Below, piece by piece: positions 50,159 to 63,752 of a DNA stretch of 64,000 nt; within the stretch, counting starts at the first letter, position 1, and the number at the start of each line of letters is the position of its first letter. The notes under the pieces were generated by a model. That model was not told the origin of the DNA. It saw nothing but the letters and a program-made list of their open reading frames with translations, and ran no database searches. Where the stretch lies: contig MU271195.1 of NCBI GenBank assembly GCA_021432655.1, forward strand, positions 62,001-126,000, in the 5' to 3' direction. The stretch comes from Atractiella rhizophila (taxonomy: Eukaryota). The translations under genes were made by a program, and so were the position numbers.

Positions 50159-53100
50159 TTAGCCAATGTGTCTAGTGGTAAAGAACCTCACGACCTCCCA
50201 AAACTTGGGCAGCATCTCTTCCCCCTCCTCCACCTGGATGCCCTCCGCGCGCACATCGCTCTTCAATCCTGCGCCTTTCCTCTCGTGATTCAAGGCTGCC
50301 AGACCATTCCACTTCCCCACCAAATCTCGCCGTAGCTTCTCCACCGTCACCCCTTCCTCACGGAACTTGTCGCCAAAGATTTTGTTCTGGAACATCACCA
50401 AAACATTGATCGCTAAACAGGAGGTAACGGGAAGTATTGGATCGGATGACAGAGAATTGGCCAGAATGAGAGATGTTGCCGTAGGGACAATGGGACGGGG
50501 TGGAGTGCGCCCACGCCATACGGAAGAGTGAGAAGAGTGAATGTTCGTTATTGTGCCCATGAAGGGTAGATGCATGACGATGTTCCGTGGTGTGTTCGTG
50601 TCGATTAGCTGCCCTTTGCAGAGGGCTTCGCGTTTTTGGTTGGGAGGAGGGATCTCGGCAATATCTGAGTCGGCTGGACTTGTGGAGACTTCTTCTGGCA
50701 ACTGACGCTGGCGTAGAACTGAAAAATGAGGAAACGATGTTTCATCCACTGAGACGAGGGTGAGATGGGCCGGTCGGTCGTAGATCGTGAAATCTTTGGA
50801 TTTCGAGAAACTGATCCAAGCTTCACACATTCTCAGTTCCTGCCACCATATTAGAGAGAACGTAAGAGCATTCATACCCTTCATTTCCAGCCACCCTAGC
50901 TCCTCCGCCCTTCTTACGATCGCAATAGTCCTCCAAGCAGTATTGCTATTCTCCAGTGCTTTAGCTCGAATCGTCTTCCACACCGTCTCCACCCTCTCTC
51001 TCTCTTGAGTTAGCTTCTTCTTCACAGCCACTCCATCTTCATTGTACGACAACCAGCTCTCGCCTTCCACCCGGCAGACAGAAAAGTCTCTTCCTTCTCC
51101 TCGGTCGTCCTCCCAACAGACGAGCAACCTTTCTACCAACTTGCCATCTTCAGTATTTTTCGTCACTTCATTGACTGTGTCCTTGACGGAAGGCAGAAAG
51201 CAGTAACCGACAAATAACACTCGCCCTTCGTTCATGTGGACTCCGCTTGGCGCTGTAGGAACGAGCTTCTTGAGAAACGGTCTCGTCCGTTCTCCGAAAA
51301 CTGAAGCCAAGTTTGCGTCGTCTTCTGATAGGGTGAAAGAAGGGTGATAGAAATAACGCAAATGTTCAGCTTTATCCAGCTTCGCCTTTGCAGACTCGTC
51401 CTCCGCTATTCGTGGCCCATCCTCCGTATCCTCCGTCAGGTCTATGATTTCTCGTGGACGAGTTTCGACGACGAGGGGAACAAGCCGTTTGGGACTATGT
51501 CGCCAAACTGGCATGTAGATCTGATCGTAAGTATTGAAAGACAGATGACGGAACCTAGCTGCCGCAGATGGAGGCATGGGACCATCTGTTGCGACGCCGC
51601 TGAGACTTGTGATGAAGGTCGAACGATCAATGATGTGGATGTGAACCTTAGTCTTTGCGCCAATCAGTTTACGAATTTGAAGTGTAAGATCCACGACACC
51701 GGCCCCGCTCAGAACAAATATTACAGCAGAAGAGGATTTTGGGGTCGCAGCAGAAACATTGGTACCTGCGGGTGATAGCTCAGGATGAACAACCATGGGT
51801 GATAAATACTTACAGAGGTCAGTCAGATACTTAATTCGATCTGGAGTATCATAGGAAGGAAGCATAGCGACACTGTCGCTAGAAAAGGGTTGGAGGTCAC
51901 CAAGGTATGAGTCCTGAGAATTTGTGAGGATTAACATAACCTAACTTATTAGAACACGCACACTATAGACTTGCGCTAATTCATCGAGCCAGGCTGACCC
52001 TTTTGACTTCAGGGCTAAATCTGCTGGCTCCAGCAATAAGAGCGCATTGATAGTCTTTGCACCATAAACTGGTTCTAACTGAATGTTCTCCCAGAACCGC
52101 AAAGACACAGCAGAAAGCTTGACCGTCCAACCCTGATGACAGACATTGATCCTCGGCGCCTCCGAGAACACAAATTGGTTTGCTTGATTGACAGATGCAA
52201 GAGAAATGAATGGACTACATGAATGTACCGCCAACAGCTGAACCGCGTGCAATGATGATGGAACGGAAACTGTAACAAGAGATATAAGACAAAGGAGGAA
52301 GCTGACAAGTGACGTACCAGACTCAGAAATGGATGGGGATGGGAATACATTGTCAGTTGCAAATAAATGCGATATGAGCTCGCTTAGGAATTCGTCTGTT
52401 AAACTGGAATGAGAAGGGAAGAGCCGCGAGAGATGGTTGTCGTCTGAGCGAGGGTCGTGAAGTACATCTCGTTCAAAAAGCATAAGGTCGGTGCTAAGAC
52501 AACCGTCGGTTCGCTGGTCCACTATGGTCAGTTTTGCCATAGAAAGCATCTGAGCATCCAGTTCAGCCTGTGTCAAAGCTGCAGGACTGGAAAAAGTGAT
52601 CGCGTCTTCTGTGTCGTCGCTGAACTCCTCATCCTCGCTTTCATCAAGCTGCAGACTGCCAACGCCGATGATAAGTTCCCTTTGCTTCTGTTCTAAATGC
52701 TTCCGATCTTCGACTCGTTGCCTCCGCATATCCAACTCATCCATCCCCCTAACTGCTGTATTCCAACTCGGCTGCCTTGAGAAAGTCACTCTTGTGTTGC
52801 CGTTCACAACAGGATCACGCCTCTGCATGGACATCCCTCCGTGCGTTATTTTCTGAACCTTCCTCCCACCATTTTCTCTCAAATTCTCACGTTCTCGTAA
52901 TCCATTCGCTCTAGTCCATTTTGGGTCTGTGAACGAAACGGGAGATGGCCCAAAGTGGCCTTGTCGGAAAACAGGGTATTCTTGATTTCGTGGAGGGCTG
53001 AAGGTAATCGGAAATCGTGGTTTAGATAACGGAAGTCGGCCGTCGGTGGACGATGCTCTCTTCCGGATTTGACGATTTGGACTGATGTGGAATAATCCAT

Positions 53101-56100
53101 TTGCGTTGGGAAGATACCCATTAGCTTTGTCCGAGTATGGGGCATCCTGCTTCCGATTTTTGATTGGGATCTCCTCCTTGGATGAAGGAATGGATGCTGG
53201 AGAGGGATCTACTGGAATCGAGGATGGCAGGTCAGAAATGACGATCTCCGCCAAATCGTCGGTGACCTTCTCCAAAGGCGCAGGCGGGACCTGCGGGAGA
53301 TATTGCATGGATGAGTCCATACCTGGGTGATGAGCGAGGGCCAAATGTGTGGCTCTGGTGCCATCGTGAGCGAAAGTAAAGGTAGTTGGGGAAGGAAGTA
53401 GTTCTTTCGACGCGATCGAAGAAGGAATCGACGGCGAGTTGGGTAACATTGGCGTTGGAGGCAGTGGATGCGAGACCGGTTGAGAAATGTCCATCTCATC
53501 CCTAGAGGGATCAAAGTTCCCATCGATCCCTTTCTCGTCATTGTAGAAATCAAAATCGGCATCTTCCAGCCCAGTGAACTCCTTCATCATATCTACATCC
53601 CCATCCATCCAGTAACCTGCACTAAACCCCAGGCCCATGAATGAATCACCGCCATCCACTCCGTTTGATTTCGGTAGATCGTTAGTGCTGGCAGCCATGA
53701 CGACATCTGGACTGTCAGTGAGGGAGAGTGGAGTGATACTGACCACACCGTTCACAACTCCCTGTGAAGGTGTCTTCTTCCTCCCGGACTTCGCTCTAAC
53801 GACAGATTCCTTCTCACGTTCTCTCTCACGTTCCTTTTCTCGCATCAGATATTCAATGTACCCGCCTCCAGCGTCCATCAATCTCTCTATCGGATCCTGA
53901 GGCACTTCCACTTCCTTCGAAAGTGAGGATCTATGAAGACGTTGGACTAACATCTTCCGCGTCCCTTTTGATGTGCGCTCCCGCAACGGGAAACCCGATC
54001 CTTCGGCCCGATGAGCGCTTGATGCAGCCAAACTGGAAGGCTCTGTCCCAGGGTCAGGACCGTTGACATCGCGATCCTTAAATGGTTCCGGCTCTTTACG
54101 TTGGTCCAAACCATACTCGATGACGCAGAGCTCTGCCGGCCAAACAACGTTGGTTGTCTTCCCATCTCCACTCAGCTCCACCTCAACAACGCACCATTTT
54201 CCCTCGCTCTCCTCATCGGGCCAAATTGACCTCACCTCATCCTTCTCCCCATCTCCCATCTTTCCTTCCAACGCTCTCTTCCACTTCGGTCTCAATATGT
54301 CCCTCACCTCCTTTCTCTCGTTTATGATATGCCGATCGCGTTCTGTCATATTCATCAAGGGGGCTTCCAACCGGGCGAACGCGCTGTTGTACATCGCGCT
54401 CGCATCTCCGTAGTATCGTACGAATTGTCCCTTGATGCCTTTAGGTCGGAGGAGAATAGGTGTACCCTTCGTGACTGATAGAGACCGGTGCAAAGATGGG
54501 GCGAGAGGGTATAGCTTGCGGTCTCGACAGCGCGTGAGGGTGATTGACAGGCCGTGAGGATCTAGCGAAAGGCGGAAAGAGGCTTCGATTACTTCTGGGA
54601 CGAGGGAAGAGAGAGAAGGCGAAGCTCTCGCTTTTCCCTTCCCTTTTCGATCGGAGCGGCGTATGCGCTCCCTATCCTCGCTTCCAGCCAAGTAATAACC
54701 CTCGACCTCCTCCACAGTCCTCTCCTCGTCTTGTGGTGCAATGGGAGGGAAAAGGAGCAGGGTAAATTCGCCTGCCCTCTCTCCGGCATATACCACCCTC
54801 CCCTTCCTTCTTTCTTGTGTCCCCGCCTCCTCCCCGCCCCCTCCACCGAATATCTTCCCAACTCTTTCTCCGAGCGACTGAGTGAATGCATTCCAGACTC
54901 CTCCATTGACAGTGTCTGGATTCAAGAGCTCCGAAAGTTCGATGACGGACAACGAGTTGGTGTATGCCCTATTGAGAGGGGATTGGAAGAGGTTGAAAGG
55001 GTCCTGTCGAGGCGGTGGCGGTTTGTCATCGGGGGGAGAGTCGGTTGATAGAGGTGTGAGAGGGGAATCTGGAGGCTTGAGGAGATTCGGGTAGAGGGGA
55101 GCAAACAGCGTGGAATGGGTCAATTGTCCCTGTCCGATTTCTATCCATCGTTATCATCAGCTCCACAATCAGACATAAGCAGGCAAAAACGAACGTTCGA
55201 ACCCTTCTCCTGCCTGCCACTCCATGAAGAGCTTGAACCTCTTCCTATCCTCCTCCCGCACCTCGTTTCCAAAAGCCCAAAAGGTATAAAGCACCCTGCG
55301 TATCGCGCCAGCACAGGTCCCCTTCGCCTTTTCTTCCTCCTTCCAACACCTAATATGCGCCCACACGCCACCCCAACCTTCTCCATCATTTTCAAGATGG
55401 GGGAACAAAGCGAGGAACTCCCCCCTCTTTCTTTCGACGACGTCGTCCAATTCCGCCGCGACAGGATTCGAGGAGGAAGATGGGTCCACGTCCATCTCAA
55501 TTCGGATGGGTGATGCCAGTTGTCCCTCTCCACCTGTTACAACGGTGTTTTCTGTCGCCATGACCGTGGCTAAGGCAGCGGCGGAGGTGGAAGGTGTTAT
55601 CGTCGCCGTTGTTGGAGGAGGTACGGGGGTAAGGGCGGGCAAAGTTTCCGAAATCCTCTGCCTCTTCGCCGGCCTGACGCTATCCACCGTATCCGTCCTA
55701 TGCTTCTCTTTCCCTCCCACCGAGGGCGAAGTATGCATCATCTGAGACTGGGGAATTGGTGGAGGAGCACGAGGAGAATCAGGGTCAAGGTCTACGACCT
55801 CCAATTCCTTTCCTTTTCCTTTTGCCTTCTCTCTCTCTTCCTCCTTCTGCTCCTCCTTCTGTTCTTTAGCTCCTTCCTTCAAAGGTACCGAAACCTCCAC
55901 CCCCCAAACCCTCTCCCAAACCCTCTTAGCCCCATCTCCCTTCTCCTCCCAAGCGCGCCAAAACACTTTTTCCTCCTCCCCTGCACGAGTGGTGCACAAT
56001 GGGATCCTCCACATCGTCGGTTGGAGGGAGGAGGCTGTCGCTTCGGTAGTTACGTGGGGGAGGGGGAGTTGGAACGGCGCGAGAGCGGGTTGGGGGGAGC

Positions 56101-56500
56101 TCGTCGTCGCTGGTCCGTGACGAGTGAAGGTCGAGTGTGGGGAGGTGCCGGTGGTGCGCGTGTACATGATGATCTGTCAACGGGTGGTAGAGTCAGCAAT
56201 GCAGTCCGGAAGGAGCAGCGCACACAAAGCAAGCATTCCCGAGCAATAAATGGATAAGTGCAGACCGTGGGCAAAAGTAAGAAGTGCCGAATCACACGAG
56301 TTGACAGCACTTCTGTCACACTGTTTAACGAAACAAGGTCGTACTGAGCAGATGTGGATCTCGGCGGAAGGCCGCGCACAGCCCTTCTCACTGTCAGTGG
56401 ACCTCCATACATGGAAGAAACGACAATTTGGAGGAGATAGAATTGAGTTGTTTCGGTTAGAACATTTGGTGTTAGAGGCAAATTCGTGTCTTGATTAAGG
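50159..56500 (-). CDS. MED13: Mediator kinase-module subunit 13-like; start not resolved
   Basis: Long exons 55169-56167, 51941-55123 and 50159-51937. Motif PRINVCHQGWTVKLSAVSLRFWENIQLEPVYGAK resembles the Med13 MID region. Overall size about 2000 aa. Confidence 0.72.
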
Positions 56501-57482
56501 GAGGTGCGAACACGAAGGACAGAAGACTTGTGAGATCTCAACTCACTACTGCTCGTCTAACATACCACTTGAAACACAAGTTGCGGTGTCGCTAGGAATA
56601 TTATGAAAGCTTCATGGGACGAGGGTACCTCTGTTCGCCCCTTCGCTCACTTGGGAAAGATCAAAGGCTTGATCAATGATAAGAGGCTGAAAGAAGCTGT
56701 GCGGAGAAGAACAGAGAAAAGTAAAATATGCATATGATTTACTCCATTTCCACAATAGCTCGAGGTGGACGAGCATCCTGTTCATGTGGGCCACAATCTT
56801 CTCATCCCACAGCATGGAAGAAGAGAAGCTCACGCGAGAGTCAGGTTCCTCTAGACAGAAAGGAAACAGATAGGTTTGAAGTCACAAAGAGGTCATATTG
56901 TTCCGCGAACCGTAGAGTGCTTAGCGTTCCCATCTACAACCCATTGGTGTCTGCTCTTTCAAACAGCAAGTAAGACGAGGTAGGGGAAGGAAGCTCGAGG
57001 CAGATAGCCTCTAGCCTCGACACGAGGCGCAACCCAACACAACTAGTGCAACACAAAGTCATTTTATCAACCTCCTCTGAGCACACAAAGTGAGTTGGGA
57101 CGATATAGAGGTATGCCTGGGAAGTAGACAAGCCGAGCGAGGCGGAGCAGGAATGGACGTTACAACTGAATGAATGCAGCACACCAGCAAAAGGGATACA
57201 ATGACACAAATAGAGTGCTGGAGAACGAAGAAGGAAAGGAAAAGATACACTCCCCACCCGATCGCAGAGGAAAGAGCGCACCTTGATTCACACTTTCTTC
57301 GGATGTCGAATGTGACTACGAGGTCATGTCCCTCTGCTTAGTTCCCAGCTTCGTCGACGTTGCCCTCCTCGCAATGCCGGCATTAGGATTAATCCTAGTT
57401 GATAAACGCACTTGCCTGTGCCTTTGCTGAACTCGGTGGATGTTGAGAGGTTGAGCATAAGAAGCCCATGACGTTGCACTGA

Positions 57483-60400
57483 ACCAAAATAGAAATTATG
57501 TGATTGATTTGCGTACCACTGTCACTCAGTTCGCTGGTTTCCCCAATCACGCGTAAGCAGCGAAATAAGAAACAAAGTGATTGGGGAAAATCTGAAATGG
57601 ACCTGATGAGAGCTTTTATAGTCCCGGCTAAGTGGCGAAGTGTCCACATGAAAATAAACAGACCAAAACACCGAACGCCATGCAAACAATGGGAAGGCTG
57701 CCAATACCAGTCAACTTCTAACACCCCCCTTCACTTCGACACTTCTCCTCCTCCATCGTCTTCATTATCCCAATATCCCGTGCCATCGCCTAGCAATCCC
57801 ATGGCGAAACAGAACTTCTGGTGTGACGCCGCTGCCAGCCCCTTCGTCAGGACATCCGCAACCATTCGCCTCGTCGGGATCCACTTCAGTAGAACTTCCT
57901 TGTCTGCGACTTTCTCCCTGGTGTAGTGGTAGTGGACTTCAATATGTTTCGTCCTCCCATGCGCTGCTGGGTGTGCCGCAAGAGTGATTGCACCTTGGTT
58001 ATCGCCTCGAATCAAAGTCGGTTCGACTTGTGAAAATCCGAGCTCATGGCACAGGCGCCTGAGCCAAACCGCCTCTCTTGTGGCCAGCGACATAGCAATG
58101 TATTCAGCTTCTGTTGACGATATGGCAACGCTGAGCTGACGTTTCGAAATCCAAGAAATCGCCGCTCCTGCCATACGAAACAGTACACCAGAGATCGATT
58201 TCCTTGTCGTGGGGTCCGCTGCATGGTCCGCATCAACGTAGGCATCAAAAGAAGGATTGGGTTGGAGGTAGCCATCGAAATGTAAGCCATAATCGTACGT
58301 CCCTGCAATGTACCGCAGAATCCTCTTAACGGCCAACCAATGCTGGCTTCCAGGATTTGCGCAATACCTCGCCACCTCCGAGACCGCGAAAGCCAAATCT
58401 GGGCGAGTACATGTTGTGAGGTAGATGAGAGCGCCCACCGCCTCCCGATAAGGTATGTGCTGCATTGCAGCTCTCTCGTTGTCTGATTTCGGGGACATGT
58501 CAGGGGTTAGCCTACGATTGTAATCGCACGGCATTTTGACGGGGGATACGTCGCCACCCAAGTATCGTTCGACCAACCGTCTCGCATATCCCTCCTGGTG
58601 AACCTTCAGTTTCCCACGTCCCTCGTCCTCCTCCAGTTGTATTCCTAAGAACAAACGAGCCCGACCCGATTCGACCTTGTAGTGTTGCCCCAAACCATCG
58701 AGAACATGGTCTATCAGAGCATCGGAGGAAGATACGAGCAACCCATCGTCAACGTGTAGGCACAGAATTAGGAGGTGACCTTCCTTCTGGAGGATGTAGA
58801 CACCATGGTCCGACGTCGTGCGCACGAGTCCAAGGTCGGTGAGCCTTCCATGTAAGTTCAAGTTGAACTGTCTACCGGCTTGACAGAGACCATAGAGCGC
58901 TTTCGCGAGCTGATGCACACTCTTGGGGTTTTCTCGATCGACGTACCCAGGCGCCTGTCGAATGTACACTTCCTCCTCCAACTCGCCATTAAGGAAGGCA
59001 TTTCCGATGTCAAACTGACGTTTGTACATCTTCAATTGGGCTGCAATCGCCAGAACGACCCTCAGCGATGTGGTTCGAACGGTGGGTGACCAGGTCTCTC
59101 CATAGTCCACCCCTTCCTGTTGTTGATCCCCTCTTACAACTAGTCTCGCCTTATACTTCCTCACCGTTCCATCCGGTTCACGTTTTATGAGGAGCACCCA
59201 TTTCACCCCCAAGGCTTTCCTCCCCTGTGGAAGCTCGACATTCTTGCGCTTGAACGTCCCCATCGCCTCCAACGCGGCCATCTCCGCATCCATCGCGAGC
59301 AGCCACTTATCCCTGTCCGGTCCTGCAACAGCCTGCGCATAGGAGGGTTCGTCAACGTTGCCCGTCCAGAAGACTTCGTATGTTCCATCGTCATCTTCGT
59401 CAGGAGTGAGGAAGTGATACGCATCGTCCGAGATTCTGGCTAATAGGGAATGTGTGTCCCCACTCGACGTAGTCGTCGTCACTCCTCGAAGGAGGTCTTC
59501 GACAGACAGTCTGCTGTCGTGAGTCACACACAATCCTCGTTCGTGCATCTGTCGATAGTCCCTCCTCTCTTTAACTCTCATTCCCCGTCCCAATGATGGC
59601 TTTTTAGGTGTAAACATAGATGATTTCCTCACATGTTCCCTTTCCTTCTGCACCAAGCCCTCGATCGCCTCAACTGCTCGTTTGACGCTCGGGGCATCAC
59701 TCGTCTCGATCTGACCTGGAGTCGTCTCCACTCTTGGCTTTGGAGCTGGCGACGGCGAGGGTGGGGGAGATGGCGTTGTGACACCCGACGGTGCCTGGTT
59801 TCCACCTGGTTCTTTTTCCCTCCCCAGAATTTCTGGGCCCCCTTCCATTCGCACTCCATCCAGTTCGCCTTCCACAATTCCTCGTATTACCTCCTCATCT
59901 TCCTCCATCGCTTCCATCGGAAGAAGATCCAGGAAGTCATCGCCGTTTGTGTTTTCCAATATCTCGTTATCCCCTTTTGACCGTCTTTCGTAGAACTTAT
60001 CTTCGAAGAATCTAGCCGATCTACTTTCCACAATTTTCCGGGGTCCCCCGTCCGGGTCCCAGAATCTCCAGCCATTTCCATCGTTCACGTATCCGACGAA
60101 GTACATGAGTTTCGCTCGTGGAAGTAGTTTCGATCTTCTCTGCTCCGGCATGATCGTAACCGCAGCCAGGCATCCAAAGGCTCTCAGGTGTGTTGTATCA
60201 GGTTTCTTCTTGTAGAAGACTTCGTATGCTGACTTCATTCCTTCGTTCCCCTTTGTAGGCATTATGTTCTTGAGCTTTACAGCAACCTTCATCGCTTCGA
60301 ACCAGAAGGATAGTGGCAACCCAGACTGAATAAGGAGGCAGCGAGTAATATTGAGGACGGTGTACCATTGCCGCTCCCACAGACCTGCTTGATCGTGTGC

Positions 60401-63400
60401 ATAAGGCAATGTCTTCATGGAAGCAATGTTATGTTTCCGTTTCCACTCCTCTATCGCTCGTGAGGTGAATTCTGTGGCTTGGTCGTGACGTATCTTCCTC
60501 ACATCCTCGCCTATTTCTCTCTTAATGAATGCTCTCGTTTCCTCTATTAATGTAGGCGCCTCTCCCTTCCTCTTCATTCCTCCCACGACCATGAGCCTGG
60601 AAGCTTCGTCAATCGCTCCAAATGCGTAAGAATATCCCTCGATGCTCTTAACTGATGCCGGTCCCCATGTATCGAAGCCAAAGGTTTTCCCCACAACCTC
60701 CTCCCTAGACTTTGTGGGAGCCTTACTCTTCACGTATCTCGCTTTTCCTTCCGCACAAACGACACACTGATGAAAATCTTCTTCATTGCACTTTTTTATT
60801 TGGTCGTTTACGAGTACCCCGCTTCTAACAGCTTGCTTAAGCCTTTCCATCCCAGGATGCCCTAATCGGAGGTGCCAGGTACGGAGAGGGACTGCAGGAA
60901 ACGCTTGGTAAGGGACCGTCGTACGTGGAGATGGGGACGCTGGAATGAAACTCGCCTGAAGAGTGATGAGCCTGTTTCCAATCTCACACGTCCCAAATAC
61001 CCTATCGTCCCTCCCAGCGAGGTATACCGTCTGAGTGTCGTTCGTGAATTTGACACCAGATTTCATGAGAATCCTTGATGAAAGAAGGTTGACGCCAAGT
61101 TTAGGGGCAAAGAAAACGTTTCGAATCGTTCCAGAGTGGATCTTTTCATCGACGGCTTGGAAAACAGGACGCAAATCGCCTACTCCTACCGCATATCCTG
61201 TTGATCCGAATGCACCAGAAATTCCGATAGGCGTACTGAGCACTCGATAGTTGTGGAGGAGCCAATCGCAAGTAGTCAAGTGAATAGACGCGCCAGAGTC
61301 CAAATGGAACTTCTCATTTCTGGCAGACGGATTAGAGGGAGGATGCGCAGGCACCACATCGATAGACAAGTCGATCGGAGAGACCACAAATGCCGACTCG
61401 TACCCTTTTGATCCTTCTTTCTTGTTCACACCGATGAGTGACGGCACATCGTCTAACTCAAGCGAATTCCCAACTTCTTGACCAGTTTGTCCCATTCGCC
61501 CTGATTGGGGAGGTGCGAACGGCCTGCACAAGGTGGTATTCTGTAATATGAACTCGAATAGATCCTTGACTTTGTGCTTGAACTCGCGCTGCAACCTCTC
61601 TTCATCCTCAGAAAGAGGTCCCACCCCATCCAAGTTGAGCAAACCGAAGTAAGGAAGAAAATCGTCGGGATATTTCCAAGCACTTGTCACTCTCAAGATA
61701 GTGTCTTCATCTTCGACATCTTCCAGGAACGCTCGTATCGCGACATCAATGGGGTTCCATTGTTCCTTTTCCATCATCTCCTCTTCTTTCCAAAACTCGT
61801 CCTTATCAACGAACGTCTCCTCCTCTTGGATCAAAGGTTCCAAAGGTTCTCCTTGCTCGAGGATATCCTCGTCATTCACCATTGCAAGGTACGCCCCGAA
61901 GTCGCTGGTTATCGTCGTTTCCTCCTCTTCTCCATTATGGACGACATAATAGCCCTTCTCTTGTTGCAAAGGAGTCGTTGAACTTTGGCCCATATGATCG
62001 AAGGAAGACAGGACATTTGGTTCCTCGAAATATGGACGATTCGTTTGAGGGTTTATATCCTCTGCATAGATCGCAGGAGCGTTGCCTTCTTCGAACACCT
62101 TGATCACGTATGCGTTTGCATTCGCACGGGGGAGGTCGATACCGTATTTCTTGAATTCTCGAACGAGGGAGTCTACTTGCTGGTGCTTCTGAAGTGTGCA
62201 CTCTCTACCCCAGTGCCCCTCTTGCCCACAGTGATAGCACTGGTTCATAGATATCCTGAAATACCCCTTCGGAGACGTTCCATGCGGCCACTCTCCCCAA
62301 TTCTTCAACGCACGAGCATTAGGCGCCATCCGATTTATCAACGGAGTCGAGGGAGGGGACTTAGTCGTGGACGAAGGCGTTGTCGGGGGAGAGTTGATTG
62401 GAGTTCTCGCGTTTCGCCGATTTGATGGAGAAGAGATCCTCGATGCCAGACTTGGGGTTTGCGTCTTCTTAGGAGTTACGTTCGTCTTGCTCGTGTCCAT
62501 CCTCGCCAACAGTGATACACCACCTTCTTCCATAGTTCCTCCCCTATTTCTCCTCGCTTGCTCTTCAGCAGTCAACTTCTGGACAACAGTTGCAAGATCT
62601 GTCTGTACGACTCCTGTTGATGACAGCCATCTCCTAAGGGATTCGTCCAATCCGTTGATCAGGATTAAGGAAAGGAAAGCATCGGAGATGTTGATGGTCG
62701 ACTGGGACTCGTTGAATTTCCTTCTCTTATCGTGCAGCTTGGCAATCCAATCTGAAAGGGCGAGATTACTGATGGAGTGCGAAAAATCGAGGAGATCTTT
62801 GAGGAGATGCGCTGTATCAATGTACTGGGTTGTGTCGAATTTTTCTTTCAAAATCCTAAGCGCCTCTACCGGATCCTCCGTACTCTCAATAAACACCTTC
62901 GCCGTGCTTCCCACTCCTTTCCTCAACAGCGCCATCGCAATCGCAGATTTTTGTTGATAGACCGTCAACGACCTCATGAAATTTTCGAGATCTTCCGCAG
63001 AGGCATTTATCGCAGGCACCGTTTCCCTTCTCTTCATCCTTGCTCATTGTTCAGTAAGCGTTATTCCCGTCTTTGGGTTCAACGGTTCTGTCAGGACACC
63101 CTCTGTGACCAGAGAAACTCCATAGGCTCGAAACCATTGGTCAATGAGGCGAAAGAAGGTCTGAGCGTTGTTATAATCGAGTTCGGGCAACGGATCATTT
63201 CCGATAAGGGATTGAATCGCGCTATTCATGTTGATCTCTCCTCCTCTCGCTGACGAAGAGACAGTAAAAGGAATTGACAACGAAGTTGTATCGAGAAGTG
63301 GAGGAGTTACGGTAGTTCTCGTAGGTATGTTAAGAGAATTGTCGGAGAGTTCTGGAGTGATTTCTTCTCTTTGAGACATTCGCGCACGATAATTTTTCGC

Positions 63401-63752
63401 TGAAGGATAATCGCAGGACGTAACGGACCTCTCGCTACCAAAATAGAAATTGTGTGATTGATTTTGTATCACTGTCACTCAGTTCGCTGGTTTCCCCAAT
63501 CACGCGTAAGCAGCGAAATAAGAAACAAAGTGATTTATTACGGAGATTATGTGAAAACATACCTGGTTTCCCCAATCACGCGTAAGCAGCGAAATAAGAA
63601 ACAAAGTGATTGGGGAAAATCTGAAATGGACCTGATGAGAGCTTTTATAGTCCCGGCTAAGTGGCGAAGTGTCCACATGAAAATAAACAGACCAAAACAC
63701 CGAACGCCATGCAAACAATGGGAAGGCTGCCAATACCAGTCAACTTCTAACA
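57483..63752 (-). mobile_element. Ty1/Copia LTR retrotransposon, recent and near-intact
   Basis: 189-bp identical LTR cores (57535-57723, 63564-63752). PBS TGGTAGCGAG at 63431-63440. PPT GAAGGGGGG before the 3' LTR. No TSD. Confidence 0.97.
57731..63379 (-). CDS. Copia gag-pol polyprotein with one in-frame TGA at 63044-63046
   Basis: Zinc knuckle CYHCGQEGHWGREC, protease LDSGAS, WHLRLGH/CVVC, integrase D-D-E, RT YKARLV and LHVDD, RNase H DADHA/EAEY/DNQ/ADVLTK, in Copia order. Confidence 0.95.

Noticed and set aside
56600..57480. Host gene interrupted by the Copia element
   Set aside because: Only short ORFs on either side, and no coherent model could be built.
63038..63050. Programmed stop-codon readthrough in gag
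   Set aside because: The stop lies early in gag rather than at a gag/pol boundary, and the context is not a readthrough motif I recognise. A CGA-to-TGA mutation is simpler.
52075..63253. Many short antisense or alternate-frame ORFs over MED13 and gag-pol
   Set aside because: They are shadows of long coding frames with low-complexity translations.
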